Origin: Squalus acanthias
Taxonomy: Eukaryota
Assembly: GCA_030390025.1 (NCBI GenBank)
Contig: CM059431.1
Span: forward strand, 154,134,001-154,198,000
DNA length: 64,000 nt
Direction: 5' to 3'
A program made the translations under genes and the position numbers. The notes beneath the pieces were generated by a model that saw only the letters and a program-made list of their open reading frames with translations, ran no database searches and was not told the origin of the DNA. This document shows, piece after piece, positions 26,034 to 39,411 of this stretch. Within the stretch, counting starts at the first letter, position 1. Every line of letters starts with the position of its first letter.

Positions 26034-28125
26034 TCCCAGCACCCATCGTTGTGGAACACCACTGTCCACCTTCTGCCACTCTCAATAATTACCTTTTACC
26101 CCTACTGTCTGATTTCGGTCTTGCAGCCACCTCGCTTTTGATTCTGCATCCCACGATTCCTCATCCTCTCACCGTATTCATTAATTTAATTTGTGGTGCC
26201 TTATCAAAGGCCTTTCAGAAACCTAGATATATTACATCTGCTACATTACCCATGTCTACTCTGCCTGTTCCCTCTTCAAAGAATTCAATAAAACTCTTCC
26301 AGCAAGACACTCCCGTTTGAAATCCTTGTTGACGGTTCATTATTATATGTTTGGTTTCTAGATGTTTTTCTATTTTCTCTTTAATTACGGATTGCATTAT
26401 TTTTCCTACTACTGATGTAAACTGACTGGTGAATAGTTTCCCAGATATGTTATATCTCCCTTCTTGAATATAGATAGAAAGTTAGCCGTCTGCTGGTCCT
26501 CAGGCATGACAACTTTTTCGAACGAATTATTCAATACGTGCAATAGTGCCTCTTCCTAATTTTCTTTTAAAATTCACGAATTCTATCTTAATATAGCTCA
26601 CAGGAACATCCATGTGTTCAAAACATCTCTCTCCTCCTTTGAGACGCTCCTTAAAACCTACCTCTTTGAAGAAGATTATGTTCACCTGTCCCAATATTTC
26701 CTTATTTAGCGTGGTGTCACTTTTTGTTTGATAACGCTCCTGTGAAGCGCATTGGGAAACTTTATTATGTTAAAGATGGTATAGAAATGCAAGTGTTTTG
26801 TTGTTGTCCTAGCGCTGTACTGGAACCCTTTATTAAATCCAGTGTACAAAATTATTTTTCTCTCTCCTCAAATTGTTATGACCCGGAACATGTCTCTGAG
26901 TCCAGTGATATCCAGGCCCTGTCCTATCGATACTAAATCACATATTTCATGATTGTGTCTTCCCAAATGTCATTGGAATGATTTGTACATTTACAGGCAC
27001 AAATGCCTATCCTGAATTCAAATTTTTGGAATGTTAACCCTTTTTTATTCTACATCTTTTTAACACCAAGTCACTTTATCTCTGCATACTTGAAAACAAC
27101 CTTCCCTTTTCCTGCAAATAATTTTTCACTATTTCATATATATTCTGATTCAGCTCCAACATTTTTATTACTTCCGCTCTGTAGTCTCAGAAACGGATAT
27201 TTCTCACGCTACATTCATATCAGTTGATACACTTCCCAGTGCTCAGTTCACCTACTCTGTAAAACCATTGTTGTTGGTGGGTTCAGATCGCGGCCGTCCG
27301 TTGCCTTCTCCCAGAACTCACTATAGTGCGCGATGAACGTGAATCCTTCCCTCCTGCTCCAGTCAAGCAGCCCCACATTGACCTGCCTCATATTTTCCTC
27401 ACTAATCGACCCAGTGCAAAACAATCCAGAGATCACCAACTTGAGGCCTTCTCTATAGACTAGTGCCTCAGTCTCAATATTCCATCAATAAACGTATTTC
27501 TCTCCTTGTTACTGATATGACCATGGGTAATTTCTGCTCTCCTTTCCTTGGCAGAGATATTCCTACCTGTTCCAGGATGATCTTCTCCCTGTCACCAGGG
27601 AGGCATATTACCATTTAGCACCTGCTCAGGGCTGTAGACGTGTCTATTGCCCTTAGCATACAATCTCCCACCTCGATTGATCTCCTTTGCCTGTGCCCCT
27701 CCTGATGCTCACCCTACTCAGGAAGGCCTCCTGCTCTCGGGTACCTCACTGTTGCTCAAGGAAGACCCTCCTCTGAGTCACTGCCTCTATCCACCATACA
27801 GTCTCCAATACCAGGTATCTATTGGACAGTTCCAGTACTCGGGGGCTCCCTCCACCTGTGACTGCGATGTCTCTCCAGATGGTAACTAACATCGCTCTTT
27901 CTACTCAGCTTCTTTCTTCTTCCCTCGTCCTGTGCGCGCTGTAGTTTCTTGCACGAGATCTGGACACATTGTGGGGACAGAAATGTATTTTAAAGTATTT
28001 TGTGAACCTACCTGTGTCCATTCTAATTATTGTTGAAGATGTTGGATCTTCTTCCCTGTTTGGACCTTCAGTCATGGCAATGACTGGCGTTCCCAGTTGC
28101 TGATGCACTGTAATTTATATATAAT

Positions 28126-28864
28126 GGGCCGAAAATTGATCCCGGGACGCGAGAGTACGCACTGCGTACTCTCGCGTATTCCCACTCCAATTGCCGGTTT
28201 TCTGCATGCCCTGCGCATGCGCTGAAAACCGGCAATTGCTCTTCCGAAAAGGGGGCGGGGCCTGGCTGCATCGCGTGCGCGCTACAGGCTGCGCGCACGC
28301 TGTGCACTTCATGCTTTGGACGCGCAGGTAAGCAGGGAAGATTTTGGAAATGTAAAAAGGAGTAAGACCCGCTTTTAAGAAGGTAAGTAGTGAATAAAGT
28401 ATTTTTTTGATTTTTTTTTACAGGTATATCTTTTTTATAGACTTTAAAGACAGGTAAGTTTATTTTTATAACTTTTTAAAAGATTTTAAATTTTTTCAAA
28501 AATTTAATTTTTTATTTAAAATGGTTAATTTAATTAACTATACTTATTTTATTAATGTGATGGGCTTTTTTTAAATTTAATTGAGGTTTAGCTGTTATTT
28601 TGGGGGGGTGTAAGATTCATAAGTCTCACAGCCATGCTGTCAGACTTATGAATGGAAGATGGTGTGCTGCCATTGGCTCTAACTGAGTCACGTGATCCCA
28701 CAGCTCGCACGAATTAACTACGCCGCTGGGATACGCAAGCCCAGCACAGCTGATGTCTGGAACATCAATTTCGTGCGAGCTGGATCAGAAAAAGCATAAG
28801 CGAGGTGAGACAACGCGGGAAAGGCTTACCCCCGCGGGAACAGAGCGAGATCAATTTCTGGGCC
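28126..28864. mobile_element. Non-autonomous DNA transposon (PIF/Harbinger-like MITE)
   Basis: TIRs GGGCCGAAAATTGATC / GATCAATTTCTGGGCC; AAT duplicated at 28123-28125 and 28865-28867; empty site in copies A (~8430) and B (~13710). Confidence 0.88.
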
Positions 28865-29039
28865 AATATTAATAGGTTGGTTAGATGGAAATATTTCTAT
28901 GAGAATGAGAACGCTGCCTTGTTAATAATGATATCAACTCCCTCCTCCCCCGTCAGTAAACCAGCTGTTAGCTCAGGGATCGAGCATTTCCCGAGTGTTA
29001 CGATCAACTCTCCTCATCAGGTGTGACACAGACAGCTGC

Positions 29040-32000
29040 GCTGTGAAAACCAGTGAGTCCCACTGATCTTGCGTCAGCATGTTGACAGGCGCTGCGAACA
29101 TGATCTGTTCACTTCTATTTCCACTTTGTTCTTCATTTACTTTTCTCTATATCCATCCCTTGTCGCTGACTCCTGTCATCATGCCTCCTTTCATTTCACC
29201 TCTCTCGGATACACAGACCCTCGAAATCACTACACCAACCGTTAATTACTCTTCGACCTTCCTGTTCTCCTGCTAACGTCACAGGGTTGACACTCTGTTG
29301 GATAAGACTACAGCTTCCCTCTGCACCTAGCTTCGCATCCTCCGAACGGCCCACAGTGGCACTCGTTGCTGCCTCTTCATGAGCAGTAACCCCAACTGTA
29401 TTATCTTTCGCCAATCTTGCCGCCCAGCTCGCCCGCTGGGGGCTAATCTTGTCAATCACCTTCCCGTCCAACCCACCCCTGCCACCGCTGAACCTGTGGA
29501 TGCTGGGAGTGGGTTAGCCATCACTGAATCTCTCCCCATCTCCAACCAGAATATCCATTCTCCTGTGAACAATATCCTTGCCATCCATAAGCTTATTGTG
29601 GATCATTGCATTGACATCATGGCCCGACGGAAACTTGGCTGTGTGCTGATGACACCTTACACTTAAATGAATCCTCCCCGCCTGGCTATACCTTCCTACC
29701 CTTGTACCGCCCAGACTGCCGTGAATGCGGTTTGGCTCTCATCAACAAATCACACCTTGGTCTGTCCCGCGACTCCTCCAATAATTTCTACTTCTTGAGT
29801 AGCTCATCTTATTCCACAACTCTCATCTCACATTTAAAATTCTCGTTCTCTATCCCCCACCCAAGTACTAATATAATGTTATCACCGAGATCACTTCGCT
29901 GCTTTCCTCCCTCAGCATCTGCACCGAGCGACTTATCACCCTCGGCGATTTCAACCTCTGTCTCAATTCATCATGCTCTCTCTCCTCTGATTTCACTGCC
30001 CCGCTAACTCCTTTAATCTTTTCCTCCAATTAAACTCCCCAACCCTGTTCATGGCCACTCCCTCGTCCTTGCCGTCCCTCGTGTCCTCGCTACACCCAGC
30101 GAGTGAATCGCAAATAAAGCCATCTCTGACCATTTCCTTCTATCGCTCTCTATCCACATCTCCCTTCCCCCTCCCAACATTACTTCATTCTGTTTCCGAC
30201 CCTGGTAAAAACTCTCTCCCAACTCCCTTACAACAGCACTTACGAAATCCCAACTGAACAGCTATTGACAATCCATTCACCACAACATTTCTGCAGCTAC
30301 CGATCTGCTCAGCCACACCCTCATCATGACACACAATGCTCTAGTCCCTTTGAAAACAATTACACTGTCTAACACTGGATGTTTCAACTGGCACGGCTTT
30401 CATCTTCACTCCCGTAAGTCCGAGAGATGCAGACTTGTACGGATATGGCGGACAACTGATTCACACATTCATAGCCTGATCTGGCTGGACCACATAAAGC
30501 ATTTTCAGATCCTACTCTCGTCTGCCAAAATTGCTCACTTTTCCAGAATCCTTCTGGAATGCAAAGCTAAACCCTGGCTTCTATTCTGCACTGCTAACCA
30601 GCTTCTAAACCCCTATCCCCTGTGTTATCCATGCTAACCTCCAACAACAAGTGCGAGCAGCTAAGGAGCATCTTTAGATCTAAGATTGAGAACATACGAT
30701 CAGTTGCCTCTGCCATTTCTATTCCTTTCCCTAACCCAGCGGGCCAAACTTCCCCGAATGCTTCCCCCTGCCCCAGCGCTGTAGTTGCATCTTTCTCCAA
30801 CTTCTCTCCGATCTGCCCTCGTGTCCACTCCGCGCTCGTCTTGTTCATGAGACCAACTTCCTGCTGCCTCGACACTATCCCCACCAAACTGCTGATCACC
30901 CAACTTCCTTTTCTGGCTACTTTGTTAGCTGACATTGTTAACGGTTCTCTCTCCTCAGGAACTGACGCCATCTCCTTCGAATCTGCCGTCATTACCACTC
31001 TCCTCATAAAAAACAACCCTTGACTCCTTCGTACTTGCAAACTATCGGCCCATCTCCAACCTCCCATTCCGCTCCAAAGTCGTTGAACATGTTGTCGCTG
31101 CCAAATCCAGTCCCATTTGTCCGGGTGCTCCATGCTTGAAACCCTCCATTCGGATTTCCATCTCTGCCACGGTACTGAAACGGTTCTCATTAAAGTCACA
31201 AATGACATCCTTTGTCACTGCAACAAAGACAAACTATCCCTTCCTCGTCCTTCTAGACTTATCAGCAGCTTTTGACACGGTTAACCACTACACACTCCTC
31301 CAGAACCTTTCAACCTTCGTCCAGCTGGGTAGGACTGCACTCGGCTGGATGCATTCTTATCTATCGCAGCCGGTGAATCACCTGCAATGGCTTCTCTTCC
31401 CACTGACAGATCGTTATCTCTGGTGTTCCCCAATAATCGATACTTGGGGCCCCTGCTTTTTCTCATCAACATGCTGCCCCTTGACGACATCATCGGAAAG
31501 CACAGCGTCAGTTTCCATAGATACGCTGATGACACCTAGCACTAAAGCACCACAACTTCTCTCGACCCCTGCATGGTCTCTAAATTATTAGACTGCTAGT
31601 CCGACATCCAGTTCTGGATTTGCAGTAAATTTCTAGAGTTCAATATTGGGTAGAAATTGTTTTCTTTCCACACTATTACTACATCCGTCTCCCTAACATG
31701 TGTCTGAGGCAGAAACACACTGTTCGCAATCTTGGTGTTATATTTGACCCTAAAATGTAATGTAAAACACATATCCGCGGCATAACCAGTACTGCCTACT
31801 TCGACCTCCGTAACATCGCCCGTCTCCAACAATGCCTCAGCTCATCTACTGCTAAACCCTCATCCATGCCTTTGTTATATCTAGACTTGATTATTCCAAT
31901 GCTCTCCTGGCTGGCCTCCCACATTCTACCCTACGGAAACTTGAGGTCATCCAAAACTCGGGTGCCCGTGTCCTAAATCACACCAAGTCCCGTTCACCCA

Positions 32001-32437
32001 TCATCCCTGTGCTGGCTGACCTAGACTGGCTCTCGTTTAAGCAAAGCCTCGATTTCAAATATCTCGGCATTGTTTTCAATTTCCTCCACGGCCTCGACCC
32101 TCCCTACCAGTAATCTCTTCCAACACCACCCCTCGAGCTATCAGCGATCCTCTAATTCTGCCCTCTTGAGCACCCCTGATTAGAATCGCTCAAACATTGG
32201 TTGCCGTGGCTTCAGTTGTCCAGGCCCTGAGCTCTGTAATTCACTCCCATAACCTCTCTGTCTCTCTAACTCTCTTTCCTCCTTTAAGTCGCTCCTCAAA
32301 ACCTACCTCTTGATACAAACCTGCCACAATTTCTCCTTAGGTGGCTGGGTGTCACATTTAATTTTTTATACTATTCCTATGAAGCGCATTGGGAAATTTT
32401 AGTACTTTAGAAGAGCGATATGATTGCATGTTTTTTG
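29040..32437 (+). mobile_element. Near-full-length decayed L2 LINE, copy C (uninterrupted)
   Basis: IHKLIVDHCIDIMA, PTSCCLDTIPTKLL, LLDLSAAFDTVNH; L2 tail ending ~32437. Confidence 0.9.
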
Positions 32438-32639
32438 TTGATCTCCACAACCGAGATCCTGAGAAGCTGCCGTCGTCCGAGACTTCGTACTGGGAGCGCC
32501 TGTTGGTCAGCTTTATTCACAAGCCGAAACCATCCTTATTCCTGAGTTAGGTAATATTCTGCAGACAATTATGGAGCGACTGATCATTGATGAATTAAAT
32601 GATCCTTCAGCCGGTTTTACACAGCCTGGCCGTATAATA

Positions 32640-33145
32640 TTACATTTATTCACAGATTGTTGTTTAATATTTTGGATTTGCTGTGTTTTGATATTTAATT
32701 CCTGTACTTTATGAAACTAAATAAACAATTTATAGCTTTGTGTGATTTCTCCGGTCTCTATTGGCAATGACATTGTCCGTGTATTCATGGAGTGTGTCCT
32801 GGTTGGTGCTTGTGTTTGAATATTTTGGCCATATCTCTCATGGTGTCAGCACCTGACTAATGAACGCTGTAGGAGGTGAGAAAATTGAACGCTGTTCCAC
32901 AAATATTAACACTAATGTATAATGTTATGAATTATGTAATTTTAAACAGGAATGTGATGCACATCATTTGTCTGTGGAATATCTTTAGGGATCTGACAAT
33001 CTCAGAACTGGCCATGAATATACAAGTGGTAGATTTGCCTGCTGTTTTACAATCACAATTCTTCACTTGAGCGCGTGTCTCGCGCTGTGTGTGTCCACAC
33101 ACGTGCGTCCAATCAAATTCTAAGTCGAGTCTTTTTCATTCCCCA
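32640..33145 (-). pseudogene. Orphan copy of a putative terminal exon + 3' UTR (copy C)
   Basis: Acceptor ttttacatttccgcag (AG at 33147-33146) is intact, but there is an early TAG in frame; AATAAA on the minus strand at 32645-32650. Confidence 0.45.
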
Positions 33146-33169
33146 CTGCGGAAATGTAAAAGCGATTCA

Positions 33170-34330
33170 GTCTCGAATCAGTAATGAGAAGGAGGAGTGG
33201 ACCAAAAAGTTTATCAAATAATTCACTTTTGGAACATCTTAAAAGGATGGGAGGAAGTTGGAGAGGTTAAGGTGGGGAATTTCAGAACAGAGAACAGGGA
33301 CAGCCAAAGGTACATACGCCATAGATGGGCTAAGGGGAGGATGAAATACACTCGAGCCCAGAGCCGGAGGAACAGAGACATCTTGGTGTTGGGGGCTGGT
33401 ACGGTTGTTGGAGTTCACAGAGAGAGGGAGGAACAAGACCATGAAGTGATTTAAACGAGGATGAGAAATTTTATTTGGAGGTGCTGGGGGACTGGGAGCC
33501 AATGTGGGTTCTCAAGGACAGGGGTGATCGGTGAGCAGCATTTTGAATCCATCCAAGTTTACGAAGGGTGAAAGGAGCAAAGCCGAACAAGTGAGCATTG
33601 AAAAATCGAGTCTACAGGAAATAAAAGCATTGATGAGGATTTCAGCAGAAGAATGGCTGAAGCAACGATAAAGATGGGCGATGTTACGAAGGTGGAAGTA
33701 GGCGGTCTTTGTGATGGATAAATTATTGTGTCGGAAGCTCAGCTTGGCTTCATATAGAACGCTGAGGTTGTAAACAGTCTGATTCAAAACGAGACACTGC
33801 CTGGGATGGGGATGGGATCACTGACAAGGGAAGAAAATTTGCGGCGGGGATCGAAGACAATGCATACATATGAAAGCTGAAGACTTTCCTTTGGATAATG
33901 TCTCCAAGTGCAGCACGTAGATGAGGAATTGTAAAGGGCGAGGGGGGAGCTATGGGGGACTACTGTGTTAACAGTGCGGGAGAAGGAAAATAAACTGTTG
34001 ATGGAGATTATCTGGCTACGACTGGATGGGTAAAAGTGGAACCAAGTGAGGGCAGTCGCACTGAGCTGGACAACGGAGGGGAGGCGTTGGAGGATGTTGT
34101 GCTCAGCCGTGTCCAAGACTGCAGAGATCGAGAAAAATGAGGGGGGAATAATTTACCAAGGTCACAGTCATAGATCGTTTCATTTGTGACTTTCATTATT
34201 GTAATTTCAGTGCTGTGGCAGGAGCGAAAACACGATTGGAGAGATTCAAACATAAGGTTGTGAGAAAGATGGGCAGAGATTCGGAAGGCGACAAAACATT
34301 GTTGGGAAAGGGAGGCTGGAGATGGAGATA
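33170..34330 (-). mobile_element. L2 3' fragment
   Basis: FESLQSCFRSCHSTE (34008-34253) and KTAYFHLRNIA (33512-33787). Confidence 0.85.
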
Positions 34331-34862
34331 AACAAGTCTAACTCTTCACCCACGTGTTGAACTGGGCACATCTCTTTGATCAAGCTCCCTCTTCTGAAAT
34401 ACACAAGTCTCATTTGTGGTTTAATGGTACAGGGACTGACCAACACATTTCACTTTCTTAAAACATTCCAGGTGCTCTGGCTGGGTGACTGGAATCTCCC
34501 AGTTCCACAGGAATGGTTTTCTTGTCGCAGGGTTAGAGCAAAGCTCCCGCTATTCTCCTTTTACAAAACGGCTTCAGAAAATGCAGCGCCGTCACTTCCC
34601 TTTTTTTAATACAAAGAATTACATAGAATGTACAGCTCAGAAACGGTCCGTTCGTCACAACTGGTCCATTCCTGCGTTTATACTCCACATGAACGTCCTA
34701 CCATCCCTCTTCATCTAACCCTATCAGCTGAATCTTCCAATACCTTTCTGGCTCTTGTTTATCTGGATTAACTTTAAACATCTTTTATTTGCATTGAGAC
34801 TCTGTAAACTGGAGCTTGCCCTCTCACCGTCCCTGTACAGCTGACGTGCTGTTGTTAATCCG

Positions 34863-35008
34863 TCCCACTGTCCCAACCCCGCACCGACCCAGCACCCCTC
34901 CACTGACCCAACAACGACACCCTCACTGACCCACACCGACACCTTCACTGACCCAGATCCGAAACCTGACTGATTCACCCCGACACCCTCACTGACCCAG
35001 CTCCGACA
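34863..35008. repeat. ~20-bp minisatellite at the C/D junction
   Basis: ctcactgacccagctccgacac variants, joined directly to acatccttatgttcaaaaca (homologue of ~26606). Confidence 0.8.
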
Positions 35009-35963
35009 CATCCTTATGTTCAAAACATTTCTCTCCTCCTTTGAGACGCTGTTTGAATCCTACCTCTTTGAAGAAGCTTTTGGTCACCTGTCCAAATAGC
35101 TCCTTTTGTGGCTCGGTGTCACATTTTGTTTGATAACGCTCCATTGAAGCGCCTTGGGACATTTTACTACGTTAAATCTGCTATAGTTATGCAAGTGTTT
35201 TGTTGTTCTCCTAGCGCTGTCCTGGAACCCTTTATTAATTATCTCTCCTCAAAATGGAATGTTGATCTTGTTTTATTTAACATTTTTTTACACCAATCAC
35301 ATCACTTCTCACTACTCGAAAACAACCTTCCTTTTTCCTGCTAATAATTTTTAACTATTTCATAAATATTATGTTTCAGCCCTACAATTTCGTTAATTCC
35401 GCTCTCTAGACTCAGAAGCGGAAAATTCACACCCTACAGTCATATCAGTTCATACCGGTCCCACTGCTCCATTCAACTGTTCTGTAAAACCATTCTTGTT
35501 GGTGGGTTCATATAGCGGCGGTCCATTCCCTTGACCCCGAACTCACTCTAGTGCCCCAAAAACGTGAACCCTTCCCTCTTGCGCCAGCCAAGCAGCCACA
35601 CTTGAACATGCCTCATATGTCCCTTATTAAGCAACCCAGTGCAAATCCATCCGGAGATCACCACCTTGAGACTTTGGGCTGGATTTTGATACTGGGGCGG
35701 GTTGGGGTCGTGTCATCGGCATTTCGTGTTATTCACCCGTCTGCAATTGGATGTGGAAGATTGAAGCAATTTTTACTTAATTGGGCAATTGAGTTCCAGC
35801 ATGTGGGAACCCATGAACCAATTAGTGGTTTCAGTCTGAAAGTCGCCTCTGATGATGTCATCATTGTTGCTGCATTGAAGGCTTTGAGACACTGCTTGGC
35901 CTCAGACACTGCCTAGTCTTTGCTGTGAGAGGACCTGCATGCAAAATGAGCAGCAGCTCAGAC

Positions 35964-35994
<31 letters not shown>

Positions 35995-37040
35995 TTGCAA
36001 CCAAGTCCTCCCAGGCAGTCTCTGAAGACATTCAATGAAGCAGCATCAGAGGCGAATTTCAGACCTAATACTACTACGACCTTCATCACATCTCCGTTGT
36101 AATAGTGGACCTGCAGCTTATAGTCAGCTATCCACATGTGCTCCCGGCAGGTTTCAATGGCCTGTTCCACATCAGGCGTACTTCACGTCGGAAAAGGGTT
36201 AAACTAGCTAAAACGTTTCAAAATGGCATTACAGAGCCAAATTAGGGCTTGTTAAGGGCTTTAATGGCCTATCCCGCCTCTTGGAGGCGGGACCGAGTCG
36301 TGAACCCCCTACCGATTTTGCCAAAATTGCTTGGAGGCTTGTTGGAGGCGGGATGGGGTTGGGTCCCCCGAATCTACAACTTTAACTCCCCACACGCCTC
36401 CAAACCCGACTCCACGGGTCATTGAAAATCCAGCCCTTTGTCTTTAGTCTATTGCCTCAGTCTCAATATTCCCTCTATAAATGTATTTGTATCCGTGGTA
36501 CTGATTCGGACCACGGGTAATTTCTGCTCTCCTTTCCTTCCCAGAGCTGTTCCCACCTGTCCCAGGATGTTCTTCCCTCAAGCACCATGGAGGCAACTTA
36601 CCATTTAGGACCAGCTCAGGGCTGCAGAGATGTCTGTCTATTCCTCTGATTATAGAATCTCCCACCACTATTGATTACCTTTTCCTGTGCCCCACCTGCC
36701 TCTCAACCCACTCGGGGTGGCCTCCTGCTCCCTGGTACCACACTGTTGCTCAGGAAGACCCTCACCTGAGAAACAGTCTCTATACACCTTACAGTCCCCA
36801 ATACATGGTATCTATTGGACAGTTCCAACATGCAGGAGCACCCACCAATTGTGACTGCGATGCCCCTCTAGAGGTTCACTAAGTTCGCTCTTTCTACTCA
36901 GGCACTGCCTTCTTCCCCCGTCCTGTGCACGCTGTAATTTCTTGTACGAGATCTGGACACTTTGTCGGGACAGAAATTGTATTTTAAAGTAATTTTTGAA
37001 CCTACCTGTGTCCATTCTAATTCTTGTTGAAGATCAACAC
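35008..37040 (-). mobile_element. Ancient CR1 ORF1 remnant, copy D
   Basis: VGDSIIRGID (36444-36668); colinear with 7100-8350. Confidence 0.75.
35676..36436. mobile_element. PIF/Harbinger-like MITE containing a (GA)n tract
   Basis: Perfect 12-bp TIRs GGGCTGGATTTT / AAAATCCAGCCC; TTT on both sides; empty site gcggctttgtcattag in copy B (~13040). Confidence 0.88.
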
Positions 37041-39220
37041 GCCACATCAGGTGTGACACAGACAGCTGCCTAGTAAGATTCAGTGAGTTCCGTTGATCCT
37101 GCGTGTGCATGTTGGCTGGCGCTGCGGACCCGAACCGTTCAATTCTATTTATACTTTTTTCCCCCTTTTTCCTTTTCTCTCTATCCCTCCTTGATCGCTC
37201 TCTCCTATCATTATGCCTCCTTTCATCTCTCCTCTATCGGATACACTGCCCTTCCAAATCCATACAAGAAACCTTCATTACTTTTCCACCTTCCTACTCT
37301 CCTGCTGCCGTTCCAGGCTTGACTCCCTGTTATATAAATCTATACCTTCCCTTGTACCTCTCTTGGCATCCTCCGAAAGGCCCACTGTGGCACTAGTAGC
37401 TGCCTCCACAGGAGCAGCAAACCCAACTGTATTATTCTACTCTTTCCCCGACCTTCTCGCCCAGCCCTCCCACTGGGGGCTAACCTTGCCAATCTCCTCC
37501 CCGTTCAACTCACCACTCCCAGCGCTGACCCTGCAGACATTGGCAGTGGTTTAGATATCACTGAACCTATCTGCATCTCCTTCCAGAATGTCCATTTTCT
37601 TGCGAACAAGGTCCTTGCCATCCATGAGCTTATCGTGGATGACTGCATCGACATCATGGCCCTGACGGAAACTTGGCTGAGGGATGATGACGCCTTACCC
37701 TTAAATGAACCCTCCCCATCTGGCTATACCTTCCACCACTTGCCCAGCCCAGACAGCCATGGTGGCAGTGTGGCTCTCATTACCAAATCACACCTTGGTC
37801 TTTCCCAAGATTCCCCCGCCACTTTCTCCTCCTTTGAGCATCTCACATTATTCCACAACTCTCACCTCATTTCAAATTCTCGTTCTCTATCGCCCACCCA
37901 AGTACTATTATAATTTCATCAGCGAGTTGGCTTCACTCGTTTTCTCCCTCAGCATCTGCACCGAGCGACTACACATTCTCGGTAATTTCAAACTCCATCT
38001 CAATTCATCATGCTCTCTCTTCTCTGAGTTCACTGCCCTGCTACTTCCCTTAATCTCGTCCTCCATGCAGACTCCCCGAACCCATATTCACGGCCACCCC
38101 CTCGACTTTACCATCTCTCGTGGCCTCGCTACTCCCATCATGTCAGTCGCAGATAAAGCCATCTCTGAACAATTCCTTTTCTCATTCTCCATCCACATCC
38201 CCCTTCTCCCCGAACCCTACTTCATTCTGTTTCCTCCCCTGGAAAATAAACTCTCTCCCAACTCTCTTACAACTGCACTTACGAAATTTCAACTGTCCAG
38301 TCTTTGGCCCTCAATTCACAACAACATATCTGCAGCTACCGATCTGCTCATCTACGCCATCACCACCACCGACGGTGCTGTAGTCCCTGTTAAATAAATT
38401 CATATTTCAAAATCTCACTCTGGCTGTTCAATATCGTATGGCGCTCATCTTCGCTCCCTTATGTCCAAGAGACGCAGACTTGAACGGTTTAGCAATTCGC
38501 AGCCAGATCTAACTGGACCGCATCAAGCAGTATTGGGTCGTGCTCTTGTCCGCCAAAATTGCTCAATACTCCAGAATTATTCTGGAATGTAAAGCTAAAC
38601 CCCGGCTTCTATTCTCCTCTGCTAACCAGCTTCTTAAACCGCTTTCCCCTGTCTCCTCCACCCTCACCTCCAATAACAAATGCGATGAGATCATAATTTT
38701 TTTGTCTCGAAAATTGAGATCATACGATCCGCGTCCTCTGCCAATTCTCTTCCTTCCCCTAGCCCACTGGCCAAACTTTCCCTAAGTCTCCCACCTACCC
38801 TGGCTCTGAACTCGCATCTTCATCCAGTTTCTCCCCAATGTCCGTTCCTGACATCTCCGGGCTCATCTTGTCCATGAGACCCACTTCCTGCTCCTTCGAC
38901 CCCATTCCAACCAAACTGCTAACCATCCAACTTCCTCTTCTGGCTACTTTGTCAGCTGAGAATGTTAACGTTTCTCAATCATCAGATACTGTAGCTCTCT
39001 CCTTCAAATCTGCCATCATCACCACTCTCCTCAAATAAACAACACTTGATTCCTCCGTACTTGAAAACTATCGCCCCATTTACAAATTCCTTCCTGCTAA
39101 AAAGTCCTTTGCCATTTTTGTCACCTTCCCAATCTATGCCCATCTTTCCTGGAAATCCATGTTTGAAGCCCTCCAATCAGGTTTTCGCCCCTGTCACAGT
39201 ACCGAAACGGCTTTCCTCAA

Positions 39221-39411
39221 TGCGGAGATGCCGGTGTTGGACTGGGGTGGACAAAAATGAGAAGTCGCACAACACCAGTATATAGTCCAACAGTTTTATT
39301 TGAAATCAGGAGCTTTCGGAGCGCTGCTCCTTCCTCAGGTACCTCCGAAATCTCGTGATTACAAATAAAACTGTTGAACTATAACCTGGTGTTGTGCGAC
39401 TTCTCATTTTT
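39221..39411. mobile_element. Short palindromic Penelope-derived element with a hammerhead core
   Basis: Inverted arms match 57728-57792. Degenerate 12-bp TSD ggctttcctcaa (39209-39220) / ggctctcatcaa (39412-39423). Minus strand reads CTGAGGA-A-GGAGC-agc-GCTCC-GAAA-GC-TC. Confidence 0.85.

Larger units (their letters stand above)
24770..28950 (-). mobile_element. Ancient CR1, copy C (most complete: 3' end, RT, ORF1 remnant)
   Basis: FTQRVVRMWNAL (24864-25115), DDTKLGG...WQMNFN (25357-25659), FIEFFEE...DVIYLGF (26215-26397). It hosts a V-SINE, an L2 tail and a MITE. Confidence 0.85.

Noticed and set aside
30594..31208. 204-aa minus-strand ORF (and similar long ORFs such as 8808-9200)
   Set aside because: Antisense shadow of the L2 ORF.
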